This document shows, piece after piece, positions 58,401-64,000 of a stretch of DNA of 64,000 bases. Numbering within the stretch: the first letter of the stretch is position 1; every line of letters starts with the position of its first letter. Source of the stretch: Somniosus microcephalus (Eukaryota); contig CM126233.1 of the NCBI GenBank assembly GCA_052327205.1, positions 35,960,001 through 36,024,000 of the forward strand, given 5' to 3'. The notes under the pieces were generated by a model. The model ran no database searches. It was given only the letters and a program-made list of their open reading frames with translations, and was not told the origin of the DNA. The translations under genes were made by a program, and so were the position numbers.

Positions 58401-59395
58401 ACATCGAAGAAATGACCAAGAGCTGTCTAGGATGCCAGAAGGTCCAAAACACCCCACCACAAGCCCCTCTACATCCATGGGAGTGGCCCTCATCTCCATG
58501 GCAAAGGGTACATATCGACTTTGCTGGTCCATTTATGGACTCAATGTTCTTAATCGCGGTGGATGCACACTCCAAGTGGCCGGAGGTAATAAAGATGTCC
58601 TCCACCACCACGGAAAAAACCATCACAGTATTAAGGACCATATTCACCAGGAATGGGCTGCCTGAACAGATCTGTTCTGATAATGGACCGCAATTTGTAT
58701 CCAAAGAATTCAGGAAGTTCTTAAAAAACAATGGGGTTAAGCACTACACGTCCGCCCCATACCATCCCGCCACCAATGGATTGGCTGAAAGGTTTGTTCA
58801 GACCTTCAAGAAGGCCATAAAGGCCATGGGTAATGAAGACATAAATCTACAACATAAGGTAGATAACTTCTTGTTTGCGTACAGGAATGCAACACATGTG
58901 GTTACAAACCAAACCCCCGCCATGATGTTTTTCAATAGAAGCCTAAGATGCCGGCTGGATTTGGTCAAGCCAAACGTCAGAAGGGACGTAGAGAACCGGC
59001 AATTTCAAAGCATGAATGAAAGGCCAACTAGAACCTTCCAGATAGGTCAACCAGTTTTGGCCCGGGACTACCGTACCGAGAAATGGCAGCCTGGAACTAT
59101 TTGCACACGACTAGGACCGCTGATGTATACCGTGGACATTGGAGAAAGCATAATAAGGCGCCATGCTGACCAGATCATAGAGTCATCCGAAAAAGGACAA
59201 CCTACACCACAACTCTATACGCCTAGTGATGAAACAGAGATACCCATAGTATCTACCTCCGATCCAGTGATACTGGAACCAGATGAACCCGACACTGGCA
59301 TTGAAGCCGAATCGACCTTGCCAAAAGAACCTACTACACCACCGAGGCGTTGTCCGGACCGAGTCAGGAAGCCTCCAGAGAGACTGAATTTGTAA
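55449..59395 (+). pseudogene. gag-pol polyprotein with one frameshift and one premature stop
   Basis: Two CCHC knuckles (CYRCGRSTHDQKDC, CRQCGKMGHIARVC), protease LDTGS, RT YLDD, RNase H CDAS, integrase HHCC and DDE; -1 shift at T-run 56742-56749; TAG at 57281-57283. Confidence 0.93.
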
Positions 59396-59495
59396 TTGAT
59401 TAACTTCAGCAAATGTGTATATTATTGTTCTTGTAAAAATGTTATTTAATGATTACTTAAAATGTTATGTACTATTTATCTAAAAGGGGAGGAAT

Positions 59496-59686
59496 TGTAG
59501 TGTATGTACCTTTAAGAGGAACTATGTTTTTGAAGCCCCTGTATACTGTAGTACCAGTAGTGACCACTCGGGTATATAAGCCTGTGTAGTGTCTTGTGTA
59601 GTTAGTTCACCTCCAGACTTTGTTCAGTAAACACTTGTTAAATCAACTCCTGCATTCCGTGTCTCCATTAACACACGGATCTAACA
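59496..59686 (+). repeat. 3' LTR (191 bp)
   Basis: Direct repeat of 54671-54861, preceded by the PPT. Confidence 0.95.
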
Positions 59687-59959
59687 GATTCCACTGCACT
59701 ATTTTGAAGAAGAGCAGGGCAAGATCTCCCTCGTGTCCTGGCCAATATTTATCTGTCAATCAACATCACTAAAACAGATTATCTGGTCATTATCACATTG
59801 CTGTTTGTGGGAGCTTGCTGTGTGCAAATTGGCTGCTGTGTTTCCCACATTACAACAGTGACTACACTTCAAAAAGTACTTCATTGGCTGTAAAGCGCTT
59901 TGGGACATCCTGAGGTCACGCAAGGTGCTATATAAATGCAATTTTCTTTCTTTACATAC

Positions 59960-60017
59960 CTGTTGCCAGTAACTCACAGAGCAGCAGTACAGTGTGGAGT
60001 TGGTTGAAGAGTGACAT
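59960..60017 (-). CDS. SHISAL1-like protein, first coding exon (signal-peptide-like)
   Basis: acaATG TCA...ACA G|gtatgt; MSLFNQLHTVLLLCELLAT, phase 1 joins exon 2; candidate upstream acceptor ccttag at 60053-60058 implies a non-coding exon further right. Confidence 0.7.
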
Positions 60018-60344
60018 TGTAGCATCCACTATCTGGACCTCCTATTGTCATCCTAAGGAATGGTGCCGGCACCTAAAACAAAATCCACCATTTATTTCCA
60101 GTCCAGTCAATGTTATCATGGAAACGACCTATGTAAACTTGTCACACTGTAATTACAACCCCCCCCCCCCCCCCACCAGTGGTGGCACTGTAGCACCTCC
60201 GCTGGTGGGAGGGTGTTCCTACAGTGTAACAAATTTACATAAATAGTTCCCATTATAAATGTGGACAGGAATTTATAATGGAAAATGTTGACACTAAATG
60301 TGCACAATTGTAAGATTTTTACTATATTTTACACATATATATAG

Positions 60345-60553
60345 ATTTGGAACGCGCTGCCTGATAGGGCGGTGAATACAGGTTCAATAGTAGCTTTCAA
60401 AAGGGAATTGGATAAATACTTGAACGAGAAAAAATTTCAGGGATATGGGGAAAGAGCGGGGGAGTGGGACTAACTGGATTGCTCTTCGAAAGAGCCGGCG
60501 CAGACTCGATGGGCCGAATGGCCTCCTTCTGTGCTGTCCTATTCTATGATTCT
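60345..60553 (+). mobile_element. CR1 3' end
   Basis: Nearly identical to 15520-15732, ATTCTATG tail. Confidence 0.8.
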
Positions 60554-61081
60554 CGAACAGAACCCACAATTTCCATGCAGGCTTAATCGTCCTTTGTTTA
60601 AGTTTGAAAACAATGACTAAAAGTCACACCTTACGATTTAAAGAAAAATTAAATTGCTGGAAGATATTAATAAAATTATTCCGACTGAGCACCAGTCCCA
60701 GTGTAACAGAGATAATCTCAGAATCAGCTGTTGGAGAAATCCCTGGTGCCAGCCAGCAGCAAGAGGGAAATTCTTGCAAAGCCAGCAGAAGTGTAAAGTT
60801 AATGAATTCCTTTTCAGAAATGTAAATTAATCAGAATAATGGAGAGAAAAAAAGCAATTGTGTGCTTGGATCGAAATGATCTGTGAATGAAAGAAAAAAG
60901 TTTTAACTCGCAGAAGAATAAAAATGCGATGGGATTTAAATATTACAGGGAGGCCAGTCTCACCATTCATCGCAAGAGAGCCTGTGAGTGGTAGATGCTA
61001 TTCGACTGTAGGCGCATCACAGCCCAGCCCCATCGTCCTCTGACATCCATGCCTGCTTATTCCAGCAGAGTCACTGAATAG

Positions 61082-61480
61082 TTGTGTGTTCAAGTCCCAC
61101 TCCAGAGACTTGATCACAAAAATCCAGGCCAAAAATCTCAAGAGCAGTGCTGAGGGAGTGCTGCACTGTCAGCGGTGCCGTCTTTCCGATGAGACATTAA
61201 ACCGAGGCCCCGTCTGCTCCCTCAGATGGACGTAAAAGATCCCAGGGCACTATTTCGAAGAAAAGCAGGGGGAGTTCTCCCCGGTGTCCTGGGCCAATAT
61301 TTATCCCTCAACCAACATCACTAAAACAGATTATCACATTGCTGTTTGTGGGAGCTTGCTGTGCACAAACTGGCTGCCGCATTTTCTACATTACAACACT
61401 TCAAACAGTACTTCATTGGCAGTAAAGTGCTTTGGGGGGTCTGGTGGTCGTGAAAGGCGCTATATAAATGCAAGTCCTTT
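61082..61480 (+). mobile_element. Deu-domain SINE
   Basis: B box, Deu block, tail. Confidence 0.8.
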
Positions 61481-62564
61481 TAGTGATCAGGAGCTAAGAC
61501 CCTGGACATGTTTCCTGGCCAGCTCTGGGATCGAATCCTGACAAAGCTCGCAGTCTCCAATATTTGAAATAGATTGTAATTACAATGGAACTAAAACATT
61601 TCATTTCACTTAAGGGTTTATCATTTTCTATTGAATCCAAATATTTAAAAAAAACACAGGTTCCTCCCGTGTCAATATTCGATATTCATTGGATTAATAA
61701 TAAACCAAATTCATGTCAAGACGAGAAATTCCCAGAAGAAATAAATCAAGTAAAATTCCAACGACAGCCTTGGTCCTTTCTCGGGGTCCTGTGTAACCTT
61801 GGAACTCTGTTCAGGAAAAGTATCCCCGTTTGTAACTCTGATAAAATGCACTCGGCTGCTTTTGTTCAAATGGTCTGTTTGTGCTGCTGGAAATAACAAA
61901 GTATTCCCGTTCTGCCGCTTATAACAACAATGTCACACACACTCATTCATCGCTCACCAGTTTGCAATCGCGAATTCTGCAGCTCGGTCCTGATGCTGTC
62001 GGCTGAGTTTCTGTGAAGTTTACTGTTTCGCTCCAGATCTTTGCATTTCTCTCTGATGTGCATTGTGAAGTGCTTCCTGCACGGAGACTGGGCGAGTTTT
62101 CATTCGCAATCTGACCAGGGTCCCCAAAGGGCGTGTTCGACACAACATTGCTTGGAAATGTCTCACTCCCTTGGCAACTATCACTCAGAGACGCCGTTCT
62201 CCCAGCAACGGCCCGCTGGAGTTCCCAGTCAACCTGATGCAATTTTAAAACATGTATTTTTATTCTCCTGCCGGCGCTATTTCATTAGCTTTTTTTCTCC
62301 CCCGCCCCCATCTCACTTATCCGGGTTAATTGTGACCATTCCATGGATTTATTTCACCATCCCTTTTAAGACTGCAGCACAAACTTGGCGTCCCTTGCGG
62401 CTTGCCCTGTTCCAGGAATTGTTCTAATGGAGCATCAACGGGACACACCGCTGTTATGCAATGGAAATATTGAGCCAGCGTCTAGTTAAGCCCCACATAA
62501 TTTTTAAAACTGCCTTCAGATCCAACGTGAGAATTCATCTAAAAGATTGCTGAACGACCATCTC

Positions 62565-63558
62565 TAGGCTGACACTCCCAGTGTAGTACCGAGAGAGTGC
62601 TGCACTGTCGGAGGGGCAATACTGAGGGAGCGCTGCACTGTCGGAGGGTCAGTACTGAGGGAGCGCTGCACTGTCGGAAGGGGCAGTACTGAGGGAACGC
62701 CGCACTGTCGGAGGGGCAGTACGGAGTGACCGCCGCACTGTCGGACGGGCAGTACTGAGGGAGAGCTGCACTGTCGGAGGGGCAGTACGGAGGGATTGCT
62801 GCACTGTCGGAAGGGCAGTACTGAGGGAGCGCCGCACTGTCAGAGGGGCAGTACTGAGGGAGAGCCGCACTGTCGGAGGGGCAGTACGGAGGGAGCGCCG
62901 CACTGTCGGAGGGGCATTACTGAGGGAGTGCTGCACTGTCGGAGGGGCAGTACTGAGGGAGTGCTGCACTGTCGGAGGGGCAGTACTGAGGGAGCGCCGC
63001 ACTGTCGGAGGGGCAGTACTGAGGGAGAGCCGCACTGTCGGAGGGGCAGTACGGAGGGAGCGCCGCACTGTCGGAGGGGCATTACTGAGGGAGCGCTGCA
63101 CTGTCGGAGGGGCAGTACTGAGGGAGTGCTGCACTGTCGGAGGGGCAGTACTGAGGGAGTGCCGCACTGTCAGAGGGTAGTGCCGAGAGAGTGCTGCACT
63201 GTCGGAGGGTCAGTACCGAGAGAGTGCCGCACTGTCGGAGGTGCCATCTTTTGGATGAGACATTAAACCAGGACACCGTCTGCTCTCTCAGGTGGACATA
63301 AAAGATCCCATGGCAGTATTTTGAAGAGGAGCAGGGGAGTTCTCCCCGGTGTCCTGGGCCAATATTTATCCCTCCATCAACATCACTAAAAAAGATTACC
63401 TGGTCATTATCACATTGCTGTTCGTGGGAGCTTGCTGTGTGCAAATTGGCTGCTACGTTTCCCACATCACAACAGTGACTGCACTTCAAAAATACTTTAT
63501 TGGCTGTAAAACGCTTCAAGACGTCCGAGAGGTGCTATATAAATGCAAAGTCTTTCTT
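62565..63558 (+). mobile_element. Deu-domain SINE with about 20 tandem 33-bp units
   Basis: Expansion 62580-63240 then Deu block and tail. Confidence 0.88.
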
Positions 63559-64000
63559 GATTATTTATTCCGCCCTCCCCATCAATTTCTCTCCCCTCTT
63601 GGGAAGGGGCCAACTCATGTTTGGGGTACAGTTTCACAGGCATCAGTCACCCCCCCCCCCCCCCCCAGTGACCCCTTTCTTCATTTGTCATCCTGTAGCA
63701 GCAGGTCATTCAGCCATGGAAGTCCTCACATGACTTGCAGATAACCCACACTTTCCGGCAAAGGTTGGGGGGGACACTGGACAGCGATCAGGAGCGCGGA
63801 CCCTGGGCGATATTTCCCTTCCTAGCCATTCTTCTAGACACCGCTTACAAAATAAGGACATTTCCAGCATCGCCTTAGCTCAGCGCGTAGTCACCTTTGG
63901 GTCACGTGGGGGTTCAAAGCTCACACCAGGGCTTGAACACCAATCTTGGGCTACTTGCCAGTGCAGTGCTGAGTGGAAGCTGGATTGTTAGGTGCTGCAT

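Larger units (their letters stand above)
54671..59686 (+). mobile_element. Full-length Ty3/Gypsy LTR retrotransposon (Mag-like)
   Basis: TG...CA LTRs, TSD GATTC (54666-54670, 59687-59691), PBS TGGCGACGAG 54863-54872, PPT AAAAGGGGAGGAA 59482-59494, domain order PR-RT-RH-IN. Confidence 0.97.
54335..59950 (+). mobile_element. Deu-domain SINE split by the Gypsy insertion (54335-54670 and 59687-59950)
   Basis: GTGGACGTAAAA-GATTC | GATTC-CACTGCACTATTTTGAAGAAGAGC rejoins the Deu block. Confidence 0.88.

Noticed and set aside
61958-62330. Possible non-coding upstream exon(s) of the SHISAL1-like gene (donor CTG|GTGAGC at 61957)
   Set aside because: Only splice-motif evidence; boundaries cannot be fixed from sequence alone

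Overview
Vertebrate genomic DNA, most likely from a cartilaginous fish (shark-type CR1, Deu-domain SINE and Penelope repeats; species not determinable). It carries three spliced genes, all on the minus strand. (1) unc45a (myosin chaperone) is complete: I assembled 20 coding exons by hand between 43005 and 9322. All introns are GT-AG and all phases join, giving 2808 nt (935 aa plus stop). (2) The first three coding exons of rccd1 lie at 6438-1035 and the gene continues off the left edge. (3) A SHISAL1/KIAA1644-like membrane-protein gene has three coding exons at 60017-51859 (174 aa). Introns are packed with retroelements: a near full-length CR1 LINE nested in another CR1 with a 111-bp monomer array at its 5' end, a full-length Mag-type Ty3/Gypsy element (191-bp LTRs, 5-bp TSD) nested in a SINE, Penelope-like (GIY-YIG) fragments whose terminal repeats carry minimal hammerhead-ribozyme motifs, many SINEs and several GC-rich minisatellites. 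A 500-N gap is flanked by a near-identical duplication of unc45a exon 1 and its promoter, probably an assembly artefact. Most ORF-track entries are repeat-derived noise. I found no clearly new system. The best leads are the hammerhead-bearing Penelope repeats, the SHISAL1-like paralogue and the CR1 monomer array. All homology calls come from recalled protein and repeat motifs, not database searches.
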